A DNA stretch of 64,000 nucleotides, from positions 57,910,001 to 57,974,000 of the forward strand of contig NW_024704742.1 in NCBI RefSeq assembly GCF_018977255.1. Reading direction: 5' to 3'. Position 1 is the stretch's first letter. Each line of letters starts with the position of its first letter. The DNA is from Callorhinchus milii (taxonomy: Eukaryota). The position numbers and the translations under genes are program-made. Under the pieces are notes generated by a model. It was not told the DNA's origin, made no database searches, and saw nothing but the letters and a program-made list of their open reading frames with translations. Shown here piece after piece: positions 40,201 to 55,200 of the stretch.

Positions 40201-43200
40201 GACCCATGAAGGTTCAGGTAAGAGGGAGGTGTTGGAGGAGGATAGAGTGGTCAACAGTGTCAAATGCAGCAGAGAGATCAAGAAGGACCAGGAGACAGAG
40301 GGAACCCTGGTTACAGATGGACGAAATTGCATTTGTTACTTTTACCAGGGCTGTTTCTGTGCCGTGACCCGCTCCACCTTCTTCACTTCTGCAATATTGC
40401 TTGCCTCCACCACTGCCTCTCACCGCAGGCCACCGAAACACTTATCCACACTTTCATCATGTCCCAGCTTGAATAAACCAACTGTCTGCTCACTGGACTT
40501 CCCAACTCTTCCCTCCACAAGCTGCAGATTATTCAGAATTCTGCAGCTTGTCATCAGGCATCAGGTTTCGCAAAACAATCACCCCCACACTTGTCCAGCT
40601 TCACTGGCTCCCAATCCCTCAGAGAATCGAGTTACCAATCCTCATTCTCATCTTCAAAGCCCTTCACGGTCTTGCTCCCCCTAACTCAGAGACCTCCTAA
40701 CCCCATATCAGCCTGTCCACTCCCTCTGCTCGGCGAACACTGACCTGCCCCAGGTCGTCCGCATTTCTCGCCCCACCATTGGTGGTCGGGCATTCAACAT
40801 CTCTGCCCCCACATCCCCACATGAACTCCATCCCACAATCCCTCGGCTACACCCCCTCTCTTGAGATGTCCTTCCAATGTGAAAGGCGCTCTATAAATAT
40901 AATTTTGTTGTTGTTGCCTCCTTCAAGTCCCGTCTGAAGACTTTCCTCTTTGACCGTGCTTTCGGTCACCTCCTGACCCCAACTCCCAGCCCGGGTCCAA
41001 AACCCCTGACTGTCCAGCCCACTGGTAGGTCTTTTCAACATGAAGGATGCTATACAAGTGTAATTTGTTGTTGTTGTTGTTGTTGTTATGGTCAGCGCGG
41101 GAACCCAATTGGAGGGGTTCATATAGGGAGTGTCTAGGTCAGGAAAGCCCATTAGATGAACAATGAGATGAGTTGTCAATTTAAATTTAGTGGTAAATAT
41201 GGATTATGATTATTATTAGTTCCAGAAACATTAATAGGATAGCAAGAAGAGCAGCAGATTTTGTAATTTGAATCCTGAATTCCTTTATAAGGTTCTAATT
41301 TCTGAGTGCATTATTATATTCAATGTGCTGCGTTGTTGTAGGTGCTGTCCGTTGGATGAGACATTAAACCAAGGTCCTGTCTGCCTGTTCAGATGGATGC
41401 TAAAGATCCCATTGCACTATTCCAAAAGTAAGCAGTTTCTCCTGTTGTTGTGGTCAACATTTCCCCAAATAAAATTCATCATTCATTTCACACCTGTTTA
41501 CAGAGTATTGCTATGCACAAATAGGCTGCCCACCTTCACAGTTTATCCTGTGAAACACTTTGGGACGTCCCCCGATGTGAAAGCTGCTCTGCCCAAAAAA
41601 GTATTATTATCATTATAATAAATCTTATATACACTTGTATATAGGGATTTGTATAGATTTGTATAGACATGTGTATAGATTTGTATAGACATTTGTATAG
41701 AGTCTTTCACATTAGGAGAATGTCCCAAGGCGCTGGACAATTAGTGCTTTGGACCTGAGCTGGAAGTCGGGATCGGGAAGGGTGGAAGCCAGAGGGGGGA
41801 AGGGGGGGCAATTGAAGGCACAGTTAAAGAGGAGGGTCTTGAAATGGGTCTCGAAGGAGGTAAAGGAAGATGGAGTTCCAGAGCTTGGGGGCATAGTGGC
41901 AGAAGGCCCGTCTGCCAATGGTGGGGCTGGTGACATGGGGGATGTGAAGCAGGCCTGAGCCTGCTGAGCAGAGGGAGCGGGCAGGTTGGTAAAGGTTAGG
42001 AGGTCACAGAGGTAATGGGGAGTAAGGCCATGGAGGGCTTTGAAGGTGAAGATCAGGATCTTGAACTGTATCCTTTGAGTGATGGGAAGCCAGTGAAGTT
42101 AGGCGAAGATGGGGATGATAGGGTCACAGAGCTTCGTGCGGGAGAGGACACCGACTGCATTCTGGTTGATCTGCTGCCTATTGAGGGAGGAGTTGGGGAG
42201 GCCGACAAGCAGTGAGTTTGCATAGTCAAGCCTGGATGTTATGAATGTGTGTATGAGGGTTTGGCGGCCTGCGGTGTGAGACAGTGGCAGAGGCGGGCAA
42301 TGTTTCATAGGTAGGGAAGGCAGATTGGGTCATGGCATAGATGTGGGGTAGAAAGGATAGTTGAGGGTCAAAAAAGAAGCCAAAGTTCCGGACTGGCTTA
42401 GTAAGGTGGATTGTGAATCCTTGGATGGTGATGCTGTCAGCGCCTGAGGTGAAGAGGCGCTGACGGGAGCCAATCAGGAGGGCTTTGGACTTGTTAATGT
42501 TCAACTGAAGAAATCTAGTTCTTCTAACAACTGGGTTCCGACTTATTGCTACGTAAACAGAGGCGTGTGGAGCAACAACAAGTTACAACAACATCTTGCA
42601 TTTATATAGCGTCCCTCACGCAGGGTAGCATCCCAGAGTGCATGACAGTGGTGGAGCACAACGTCGAACCGGGGGGAGGGGGAGGTGACCATAGGACGGT
42701 GAAAGAGGAAGATCTTTAAGATGCGGAAGGAAGATGGAGGGATAGAGGAAGAGTGTTCCAGAGTTTCGGGACATGAAAGTGTGCTGACCAATTGTGGAAC
42801 AGTAGGCACAAGGGACACGCAGAAGGCCGGAGCCAGTCAAACAGAGGCAGTGGGTAGTGGGTTGGGGGTTAAGCAGGTCAGAGATGTAAGAAGGTGCCAG
42901 GGCATGAACAGATTTGAAAACAAGTGTGAGGATCTTGAAATTGATCCATTTGGTGATAGGGACTCAGTGGAGCCTGGCTAGAACTGGTAAGGATACATTT
43001 TGTCCTGCCCAGGAATCGAACGCATGTCCTCTCACTTAGAGGCAAGTGCTCTAACCACTAAGCTACAGGACTCCACCCTATAGAACTAAACACCTGAGCA
43101 GCACATTGTTAAGGGACATGAAGAGCTGCGTAGAAACGTTAATCAATAAAAGGGTGATTTAGGAATATAGGTATTGGCAAGAGCATGATGACGTCCTTCT

Positions 43201-46200
43201 GTGTTGAAATTTCTATGTTTAGGCAGTACTTCAGATTACCATATCTACAGTACATTCTCTTCTTGTAAATATGACCCCAACGTGTGTAATGCCATTTTGT
43301 TTGGCGGCAGCTTTAAATATGGCTTCTGCTTCTTCCACTCGGCCTTGAGAGTGCAGCCACCTGGGAGACTCGGGTATAAACCTGCCAATATCAGACAGAT
43401 GTAAAGTTAAATTAACCAGAATACCACAAAATAATTCTTTAAAGAGACTTTCAGTCTAAGAGGAAGAAGAGAAAAATATCCTTCCAATAATGCTTACAGC
43501 AACTTGCATTTATTTAGCAGCGTACAAACAAGTAGGATAATAATAATAATGCTTGCATTTGGTATAGCGCTTTTCATGTCTTCTAGATGTCTCAAAGCAT
43601 TAAATTAACGAGAATATCACAGAATAGACTTTAAAGTGAATTTACTGCACATTTTGTGGGCAAAACGTGGCAGCCAATTGCGCACAGCATTGTCCCACAA
43701 ACAGTCATGGACTTAAATGACCAATTTATTATTGTTTTTCTTCAGGGATTATTATCAGGTGTGTGGAGTAAGGAAACTTGCCCAAGGTTTCACTCTGCCG
43801 GGAATTAAACCCAGGTCTCTCGCTTGCAAAGCGAGTGCTCTAACCACTGAGCTACATGACTACATGTTATAGTCTTGAAGCGCTATATTATTATATAACG
43901 GTGGGGTTGAAGGGATGGGATTGAGGCCGGTGGTTCGAGAAGTTAGAGACATTGTGGCTGAAGGTCATGGGGAACTTGGAAGCACTGCCTTGTCCTACTC
44001 TTATCTCTACAATCTTCTGTGTTCCTATTTCTCCAGCTACTCCCTTTGCTCTGCCTGAATAATTTGACTGTGCCTTTAGCCAAATTCCCCCTCCCCCACT
44101 CTTAAATCCCTCCCCACTCAATCTTTGCAAAGTGCCTTGAGAAATTTTCCCAATGTGAAAGGTACAATACAATTGCAAATTGCTGCTGTTGTTGTTGATA
44201 CATCAGCTGCATTATGAATGAAACAACAAGGTTACACCCCATTATTTCAAAAGCCTACAAAATAACCAACATAATTTTTAGAAGTCTTACATTGAAATGC
44301 ACTAAATAATTTTATTTGATGTGAACCCTGAAAAACCTGTCATGTATTGACTTTAATAACATTCATTAATAAACAGCTGATTAATGAAAAGAAAACTCAC
44401 CACCACAGAGGCACATACAGAAATCCTGGGAGAGACATGGCTAGCAACAACGTACGCCAATCTCGGATAAAATATGCAAAAAGAGGCAGAAAAATATAAC
44501 CCACGGAAAAGAACATGGGGATACCAACTGTTCCAAAAGCAAGTCTCATAGATTTCCCAAGGAGTTCTGTTCCTGTTGAGCAAAAATAATAATTAAACTA
44601 CGGTATATAATAAGAACCTTGCATTTGATGTAACACTTAATTACATCAACAAAACATTTCAAAATGTTTCTCAGGATTTATAAGGGGGTGAAATGTGACG
44701 ATTGTCTATTTGTAGGTGAACTGCTATATATACACTGTTGTGTCAACTGCTGGAACTGAGAGGAATGATTATTTTACACTGTTGTAAGAGTTTTGCATAT
44801 TACACAGAGAAATGTCAGCAAAAGAGTTATCGACCACTGTAGAGCGTGGTCAGCTATTTTTTAGGTAATGGAAGCACAGCAGATGTTAATTTAAGACTCT
44901 CACTTTAGTAAATCATTGAAAAGCAATTTACCAAGTTAGCTGAAGTATGAGATTTGGAGATGTGTCTTGTTGATGTTGCTAATGGAAAAACTAGGGAGAA
45001 TTCAAAGGCGATTTCAATGAAGTGCATAGGACAGTGATAAAAATGAGATATCTTACCAGATAAATGTCTACAGGAATAATAGGTGGTAGGAAAAATCACT
45101 TCACTTTTTTTTATAAAATTATAGTTTTGATCAGTAAATAGCAGTGCGGGGGAATAAATCACGGTAGACAGGCAATCAGAGGCGACCACAGAAAAAGGAG
45201 AAATAGAGGTCCAAAATGGTGAGAATAAATTAAAATCACCGTTGGATACAGGGTTAAAGCGTAATTTCTTCATTAACATTAGAAAACGTACCTAAAACAA
45301 AAGCAGTTACGTAAATCGATATTAGTCCGAATCCAATTACAAAGTAGAATACACAGAACATCTCCCAGCTCTGAGAAGCCATCTCAATAAGTCCAAAGAC
45401 TGTCTGCACTGTAATTGATGCAAACAGAATGAATTTTCTTCCATACCTTAAAAAGAAAATGGGTAAATATAAAGTAACAGCATATTTTTCAGGTGATGCC
45501 TTATTTTCCTCATTTGTTTTAAGTCTTCAAACAGCAAATGTCATGAATGATGTGTCTTTTTGAAAACAACCTTGTGCAGTCTGTACCCCATGTATTAGTA
45601 CATACACTAAATATCGTTAGTTAAAATGACGTGACTTAATTTTTCACTGCACAGAGCACAAATTCCACCCCTCTTTGGCAGATAAACCCAAGAATATAAA
45701 TATTTAAAAAAAGATAAATTAGAAGCTACTATAGGGGCTGAAAATTACAACCCCCAAAAAATGCTCATTTCAAAATAAATAAGGTGTTGATCCTATTTAG
45801 TGGTCATTTTTGTTGGTGTAATAAAGCAACACAATGCATGCTTAAGAAAGCTCAAATTTAAATTTATTTTATTTTATTCGATTTTGATCTCTAGATATTT
45901 CTAGATAGGGAATATGGTAGAGATGCAGAGGATACACAATTAAGAGAGAGGGAAGATTGATGGCGGTCAATCTGTCTGTCTTTCTGGCTGTCAGCTAGGC
46001 CAATCTGCAATTTTATTAATGTTCAATGTGAAGCTAGAATGGAACTAGCGGGGAATAGAAGCATATTGGAGAGAGTAAGGAGTGAATGGGTGAAGACCCG
46101 TGTGGAGCATGAACATCGACATGGACTGGTTGGGCCGAATAGCCTGTTTCCATACTGTACGTTCCTTGTAATTCTGTAGGTGGTAGCACAAACAACCAAG

Positions 46201-49200
46201 TGAGCTGTTTCTTTAGCTTCTGCCTGATATTAATGGCTGGCATGATTTTTAAAAATTGTTTGTTTGATATTTATTGTCAGGCCATGATATGATGACAAAA
46301 AGCAAAATCTATATTTTTCTGTCCCAGAAATAAGTGTCTGTTGATTTGGGTAACCTTTTAATAAAGATACTCTTGAAAACAGAGTGAAATAATATATTGA
46401 GATACAGTATATAGTTCAGGAAATGACATGTGTATGTGACTGCCAGGATGGGGGAAGGCAAACAGAATGGACCTTGGTCTTCTTTTGTCCAGCATGTTCT
46501 TATGTTCTTATGTATTAATTGAGGTTTGACTATTGCGTAAACACTCCAATACAGTTTTGGCAGAGAGCATTCTTAGGGTCAGAAGGTTTACTTTCAGGAT
46601 ATAAGAAAATAAAGTCTTGCTTGCATATAATGAAAGGACAACCATTCTAATTTCAGAGTACAGAATTAAGGCCCATCTTCAGTGTTAGTGTTGAGTAAAG
46701 TTAAACTGTGCCATATTAAGCGAACGATCGATGATTGGTTAAAGCTAAAATTCTAATCATTCTAATCAACCAGCATGTCAAAAATATTATGTAACAAAAA
46801 TGCAAACTATCTCTGGTTATAATTGGGCAGAAAAGGCTAATTATCCTGAAATGAGTAGTGAAGTTATAAGACCCTGGAAGAACGAATATAAGAAAAATGG
46901 TAATCCATACCTTTGCTTTTCACATCAGGAGGACATTCCAAAACGCTTCACAGGATATACTGTAAAGTGGTGTGACTGTGTGTTTTTGTGGGCAACATGG
47001 CAGCCAATTTGAATGTAGCAATTTCCTACAAATATCCAATAAAGTGAATGACTAACTTTATTTCAGGGATTGTTGGCCAGGACACCGGAAAACTCCCTTC
47101 TCTTTTCAAATAATTCCACAGAATATTTAGCATCCACCTGAATAGACTGACAAACCTTAGTTTATCATCCCATCTGAAGCATTGGCATGTCAACATAGAC
47201 TATATGAGTACTGACATGGAACTTGAACCCACAACTTTCTGACTCAGAGGCGAGAGTGCTACCTACTGAGTCAGGCTGACACAAATGTTTGTTGAATGTA
47301 ATGTTCCTGGAGGCCGAAATAGCACTGTGAGCTCAGTTCCAACAGAAATGGTAATTAGTACAGGGAAAAAATAAGTATTTAAGAATTTACTAATGTACTT
47401 TTCTGATCACCAGACTACAAAAAGAGTATTGTGGTAATGGAGAGAATGCAGCATAGATTTACTAGAATGCTACCAGGAATCAGAGGATTAAACAATCAGA
47501 ATGCAAAATCCTGCAGCTGCTGGAAATTTGAAAACAAAAAACAGAAGTCAGTGGGAACACTCAGCAGGTCAGGCAGCATCTATGGAGAACTGAATTCTGA
47601 CGAAGGGTCGTGGATCCGAAACTTTGACTCATTTTCCTTTCTCCATAGATGCTGCCTGACCTGCTGAGTGTTCCCAGTCACTTCTGTTTTGTTTTCCGAT
47701 TAAACAACCAGGACAGGTTGGGCAGGTTAAGGTGTTTTCTCTGGAAATGTGATGCTTGACAGGGAACCTGCTGGACGTGTCTATAATTATGAAAGGAGTT
47801 TGAATAAAGTGAACCAGAAAGGATTGTTTTGACTTGTTAGCAAGTCTATTAAAATGGAGCATCAATATAAAATACCCACTAGCAGAAGTAAAGAGTTTAG
47901 GAGGAATTTCTTGACAGAATGTGGTGAGAATGTAAAACTCACTGCCAGAACTGTGGTTGAAACAGAAGCATCAATGAATTTAAAAGAAAACTTGATGCCA
48001 ACATAAGATGGGAGGGAAATAGAGGGTTATGGGGGTGGGGGGGAGGATGGGTAGGCTAGGAAGTGGGATTAGGATGTGGAGTATAAACACCGGCACAGAT
48101 TAGTTGAATGGTTAGTTTCAATGCTGTACATTCTATATAATTCTATATGTAAAATTAATATCTGCAGATAAGCAGTATATGGCAAGTTAATTTCAGTGAT
48201 TTGTTACTGAAAGCAGTTGTACCTGTCAGAAAGATGTCCGGAAAAGAATGAACCAGTCAGCATGCCCATGAAAAACACTGAGGAGGAAAATGGACCTTTC
48301 CAATTATTCTCACAAACGAGATCCCACTGCAGGAAAAATGAATAGGATGAAATCAAATTTTCCTCTTAGTAGATTGTAGGCTCTGTTAAAATTATAAAAT
48401 AAAAAATCCTTCACAGTATACTTGATAGTAAAGTTACCATGTACTCATGTCAGCTTTCAGCTTTTTGTATTTGTTAATGAATTTTGCACTATTGGGAAAC
48501 CCAACAGGGAGGAGATGTAATTCCCAGCCAAACATTAACATTTTATTGATCAGGCTGTATAGACCTGAGATCCACTGCCACTTAGTTCTGTCGGTGTTAA
48601 TTAGCTATATGCCCACTTAAAATAATGCAAACTTTATCCATAGGCAATGATTATGGATAAAGAGCTCTGAGACACCGTCCAGCATGAAGGGGGCTATATA
48701 AATAAGTTGTTGTTATTGTATTGGAGATTTATTAATATTAGTATTTTGACAATGTTCTGGATGCAGGAGTGTATGATGATAATCTTATATTTGATATGGT
48801 GCCTAATCATATCAACACATGTCAAAGCGTTTCATAAGGTTTTCTATAAAGTGTAGTGATGATGTATTTGTAGCTGAATTGGTAGTTAAGCGCTCTGGGA
48901 CTTGAGCCTGCATGAGGGGTGCTATATAAATGTAACTTTTTGTTGCTAATAATACTGGATGATTAGAGGATAAGAAATTTGACACACCGTTGAAGAAGGG
49001 AGGAAGGGGTATGTCAAGTAACCATAGGCCACTGAGTGGAAGATTACTAGAATCCATATTAGGGACAGAGTAACTGAGCACTTGGAAAAGCATCATCTGA
49101 TCAGAGTCAATATGATTTTGTGAAATGTATACAATATCTGACTAACTTAATACAGTAGTTATATGGATAAACCACCTATGTGTTAAAGGCCACTGAAAGG

Positions 49201-52200
49201 TATAAGAATACCAGGATGGTAGAAAATGGATCTTGATCTTTTTTGGTCTAGCAATTCTTACGTTCCTACATGAACAGCAATAAGCACCATGTACAGTATT
49301 AAAACAAATATTTGCTTGTTTAAAACCCTAGCCCTCAGATAAAATCATATACCCTTCCAATAAAATTCTAGTCGTTAGGAGCAAAATAATTGTTGCTATG
49401 AGGTATTTGCCTCAGCGAATGTCCCAAATCAAAGCATAAAAGACAAAATGTGCAGCTTTTTTTCGATTGTTTCACCTTTTTCGCAATTTTCTGGTCAAAA
49501 ATTTAACCTTGAATTTGACAAATAAATGTTTCAATGCATGTAATAAATTCAGTTTTGCGATTTTTGAAAACTACAGCAACAACAACAACAATTTGCATTT
49601 ACATAGCACCCCTCACACAGGGTAGCATTTCAGAGGGCTTGAGAGTGGCATAGCCTGACTCTGATCCAGGGATTGTGGTGGGTGACTGTAAGTACGATCG
49701 AAGAGGAAGGTCTTCAGGGTCGGCCTGAAGATGGGGATGGAGGAAAGCAAAAAAAACTGGATACAATTATTTAAATCAAATACTTAAAAAGCTTGGTTTG
49801 ACATTTAATTCCTTTTTTTTGATTGGCCTATACAGAGCTGTTTGTTTCTGAATTCACAGCCTTGCTCAGTATACACAGTCACTGCACTACACTGTATCGT
49901 GTGAAGCAATTTGAGATATCCTCTGCAAGACACTGTACCAAATCTAAGGATTTTTGTGATTATTATCATGTATAAAGTATGAATGTATACTATAAGCATG
50001 TGGACAGCTTCTTGGGAGGCATTCAAAACAGCAAAATGATCCAACTATTAAATTATGGTATAAAAAGTAATAAGCGATATTGGTGGATTTGTTGCTTTAA
50101 ATGCAAATTCTGTTGCAGCCAGTGAATCATGAATTTCATATCAGTGAAACAAAAAAGGAGTGGTAAACAGGGATAAGAGGGAAATGGTTTGCTTAAGATT
50201 CACAATACACAAGCAAGCCGGGAGAAAATAACACAGATTAGATTTCAAACAATGTAATATAAAAGGCAAGAATGCAATGTCCAATTGCCCTGTAAAATGA
50301 GACTATTACAAATGAATTCTTCAGTGAGTGATGGACAGAAGGTGTAACAACTTGATATCTGATGAATTTACTCCATGACATCTTAGAAGGTATTCACGTA
50401 ATGGTTCAGAAAGCCTTCTTCAAAATGTATTTCCTTGCAAAGTTGTTGTACTAATGTTACAATAGCACTTCTTTGAAAAGTATTCCTTGGAGCCATTCAA
50501 ACTAATCTAAATGTTGACTTCCTTACAACAAGAAGATATAAGATAGTGACTAGGGGATCTAAAGGGGAATTTGGAAGGAACCGCTTCACGTAGAGGGGTA
50601 GTGAGATTATAGAACTCGCTGCCTGAAGTGGTGGTTGAATTGATTTGAGATTTATTTGAGTATATTCCGTGAAGTGCTTTGAGACGTCCCAATGAGGTGA
50701 TAAGGCGAAATATTAAATGCAAGGATATTATTATTATTGAATCAGATAGTATAGATGTATTCCATAGGAAGCTGAACATTCACCCGAGAGAGAAGGGAAT
50801 AGAAGGATATGGGAGGGAGTAAGGAATGGGTGGAGAGTCCTGGAGAGTCATGTGAAGTACAAATACCGACATGGACTAGATGAGCAAAGTGCCCTGTTTC
50901 TATGCTGTATATTCTTTGTAAATCTTTTTTGTAAATCTTTGTCAGAACATTATAAATGTAATTTGTTGGGCTGGTTTTAACATTCTAGTTTTCACTATTT
51001 TGTACAAAAATATGAAATGCAAATAATTACAAATCATTATGCACCATCATTGTGTAAATATGCAAATTCTAGTGTAAAATTAGTGCAATTTTCTGTAATT
51101 GGAAACTCTGGTAATAATAATTCTTCCATTTGATATAATGCCTTATCATGTCATTGAGAGGCCTCAAGGCGTTTCACAGATACATTGTAAGGTGAATTGA
51201 TTGTGTATTTTGTGGATAAAATGAAGAAGTCAATTGCACACAGCAGTGTCCCACAAACAGTCATGGATTGAGTGACCACATTTTTTAATTTAATAATTTT
51301 TTGAAGGGATTATTACCCCCGGAAAAGTGATCCACAAATTGCCTAACAACCAGGTTCCTACTTACTACTAGGTAAACAGTGGCCTGTGAAGTAAGATAAC
51401 TTGCCTAATTTTTCGCCTTGCCTGGGAACCAAACCCAGGTCCCCTCACTTGCGAGCCAAGTGCTCTAACCAATAAGCTATAGGACTCCACAGTAGAGTAT
51501 ATAGTAATTCAGCAGCTAGAAGGCATAGCTTTAAAGGAATACTGAAGAAAGAGATAGTTCAGGAGTTTTTGTGTTAGGGATGGTTACCAGTACTTCCAAA
51601 GTTCAGGCTGTTCTGTATTAGGAAATAAAGACACATTGCCATGCAGAATGCCTTATTGTGGTCTAAGTCCACCTTCCTTGTTATACAGTTTTAGTAACAA
51701 AAATGCTTTTTTGAAGAAAAATGAGTTAATGGATAATAATAAGAATATTGGAATATAACAATATTGGAAACGATTGTGATAACAACTTACTGTTATTTTC
51801 TCAGTTAAGATATAATAATAAAGGTTCAATACAGCACCTTTCATGTGAGAAGGAAGTCTCAAAGTGCTTCATGGGATTTACTGTAAATTACAATGACTGT
51901 GTATTTTGTAGGCAAATGCAGCAGCTAAATTGTCTCACAAATAAGCATGAAGTGAATAACCAGTTTTATCTGGGAGATTGCTGACCAGGACACCAAGATA
52001 TACTCCCTTCTCTTTTCGAATAGTACCATGGATCTTTGGATGAGAGATTAAATTGAGGCCCAGTCTGCCTGTTCAATTGGACGTTAATGATCCCATGGCA
52101 CTTCACGAAAAGAAAAAGAAGTTTCTCCATTGTCCTGGCCAACAATCCCCAAGTAAAATTGGTCATTTGTTTTGTGGCTGTTTGTGGGATATGGCTGTAT

Positions 52201-55200
52201 GCAATTGGGCTACTGTATTTGCCTACAAATACAGTCACTCCATTTCACAGTAAATCCTGTGAAGTGCTTTGGAATGTCCTCCCAAGGTGAAAGGTGCTAC
52301 TCTACACTACATTATTATCATTAACATTTACCAAATAGCAGATGGGACCTTGGATCAGCATCGCATCGAAAAGTTAAAAAATGCAAAAATGGAGTACACC
52401 TCAGCACTGCATTGGAGTGTCAGCCTAGGCAATGTGAGGTCTGACAGGGGTATTGAACCCACAATCAGAGGCTGGAGCCAGACTGACACTAATATATACA
52501 CTGTGAGACAGTCACAACTTATTGGAGCAGATTTTATATCGTTCTCAGAACCACTTGTTGCTATCATTTATTATAGTTGCTTATTTCATATCTCACACTA
52601 AGTGATCTTACTGACATCTTTCTTCACTTAGCTGACTGTGCTATTTCTATTTAAAATTAGATTGAGAGCACGTATCAGTTTCATTTGCTGTGGAATAACT
52701 GGTGTTTATCATATGTGCATAAAATGTACAGCTAAGGTAACTTTACGCAGCTCTGTAAATGTTTTAGTATTGAATCTTTTCAATCCCACCTTTTCTGGTA
52801 TTTTTATGTATTTACTGATCAATATCAAATGTAATAACAATAATAATACTTGCATTTGATATAGCACCTTATAAGTTATAATGTCTTTGAGATGTCTTAA
52901 AAGCACTTCACAGAATATACTGTAAAGTGAATTGATTGTATATTTTGTGGGAGAAACGGGGCAACCAATTGCAAAAAAAGTAAAATGAACAATGACTAAT
53001 TATTATTATGATCATTTCTTTGCATTTGATATAACAAACATAACATTGAACTATCTCAAAGCACTTCAAGAGCAATTGCTGGCATGTGTAGTGACTACAT
53101 AATTTACGCAAATGCAGCGGACAATTTGTGCACAGCAATGTCCCACAATGAGGCATATGATTCATTGAGGACTGTTGGCCAGTACACTATTCTTCTTGAA
53201 TAGTGTCATGGATTGCTAAACTTATCACAGATTTGTTAGTTGTTGTTGTAAACATCCTGAGCATGTAGATAGGACATTGTTCAATATCTCATCTGAAAGA
53301 ATCCACCTCCAATAAACCAGCTCGCATCTAACAAACCCTGAAGTGCTAGGTGACAATCTAAGCTTAAATCCTGAGCTGCGGTTTGAACCCACTTTGAACC
53401 CACATATACAGTCTCTATCCTTTGGTACCGGTTGCTGGACTCAGAAGACAATATTGTGGATATTCCGGCAGGATGTGATCTAATAGGTTGAAGTGCCTTC
53501 AGTGTGAACTGAAGATGGGAAAAGTGGAGTAATTGAGGCAGAGTTCCATAGTTTCAGGACAAAGTGGCTGGAAAACGGCCGCTGTTGGTGGCGACGAGGC
53601 CAAGAATGGCATTTACAAACAACAATCATGCAGTTTACATGGATTACAAACACTGCTTTGGCTTGTCATTTAAGGTTGTTTAAGAAGCTTTAATTACAGC
53701 TTTGCTTGTTGTAAGGTAGCAATTAATGATGATTTCCAGGAGAACAGCTTATTAAACCAATCTCCTATAAAACAGCACCTGAAAGACACTCCCACTTCCA
53801 AAACTGTGACATCGCTGAACAAGAAATCAAGGTGGCATCTGGCAACATTTTTGTCCGGGTTTGAGTGCCATCATTGCTCAAAAATCAGGGAAATTCATTT
53901 CCCAACACGTTTTACCTTCATCTCATTTATTTATTTATTGAAGAAAAAAATGTGTTTACAAATGCAATTGGTTGCAGTTATAAAGGTGCAGGAAAGACTT
54001 AAATAGCTGCTTGGTTAAATGATTAGTGGTGTACAGCACTACTCAAAGAGAATGGTAGTATTTTTGTATAAGACACTGGTTGGCAACAATCTACCTGTTC
54101 ACAGTACACTTTGCAGTTTTAGCATCTAAAGCAAAAAAGGATATTATTATTCATGAGACGATACAGAAAAAGCAAGAATATTCTGGATATCTAAAATAAA
54201 ATTATGAGGCAAGATTAAATTGGATATTTTGGGGGAGGGGCAGGGGTCAGCCAAGTGTCTGACAGGTGTGGAAACCCATCACTGTGCTTAAGAGTATTCA
54301 TACCAGACTGAGAGTTCCATGTATGCCACCTATGCATTGGGAATTCCCATGTTTGGAATGGAATGTGTACTCTCTCCCCAGAGGGATGCACCCTGTGCAC
54401 CTAATTCTGGAGGATGGAATTATTAGGCACGGGATGGAAAGAGCCAAGGTTTGGGGACCCCAGACTCTGTGTTTCGGGTCTCCTGGAGGTTAACAGCTAA
54501 TACCACTCCTCCCCCCCCCGGATAGCTTGAAAGTGTTGTGATCAGAAGTCAATTATTAAAATGCTTATGCTTATCTTAGCTGGGGCTGAGTTGACCTGGG
54601 GATTACAATCTTGATTATAAATGTTGTTTTGATTCAGGGAACATTGCTTATGCTTGTTATTAGGTGTCAAGATTAGTTTTGTACAATCTTGTTTGTAAAA
54701 TATTGTTTTAATTAAATTGAGCTGAGTTGCAGAACTTCGAGCTAAGCTTAACAGATGTTACGGGATACCTGATATAACATTCAATAAAATGGTATGAGAA
54801 AACGTCAATGTGCTGTGAATTGTTATATGAAGAGTTAAGTTGGCTAAGAATGAAGTGGTGAATTTGTTATTGTTATAATGATAATAATCCTTCTATTTGA
54901 TATAGTGCCTTAATACATCATTGAGATGTCTCAAAGCGCTTCACAGAATATACTGTAATTGATATTAACAATATAAAAATTGATATTAACAATACAATAA
55001 TCTATGTTAACATTTGTATTAATATAACAGTGTATATTAATAATAGATTAACGATATAGTAATTATATTGATAACATATTGCAGCTGTAGTTTGTTGTGT
55101 CACAAATTAATTGCTACCTCAAAATCCTGTGTTGTCAATTAGAGTCCAAATGACCAAGGTAAATGTGATCAAAACAATCATTAGATGGGTGAGGAAATGT

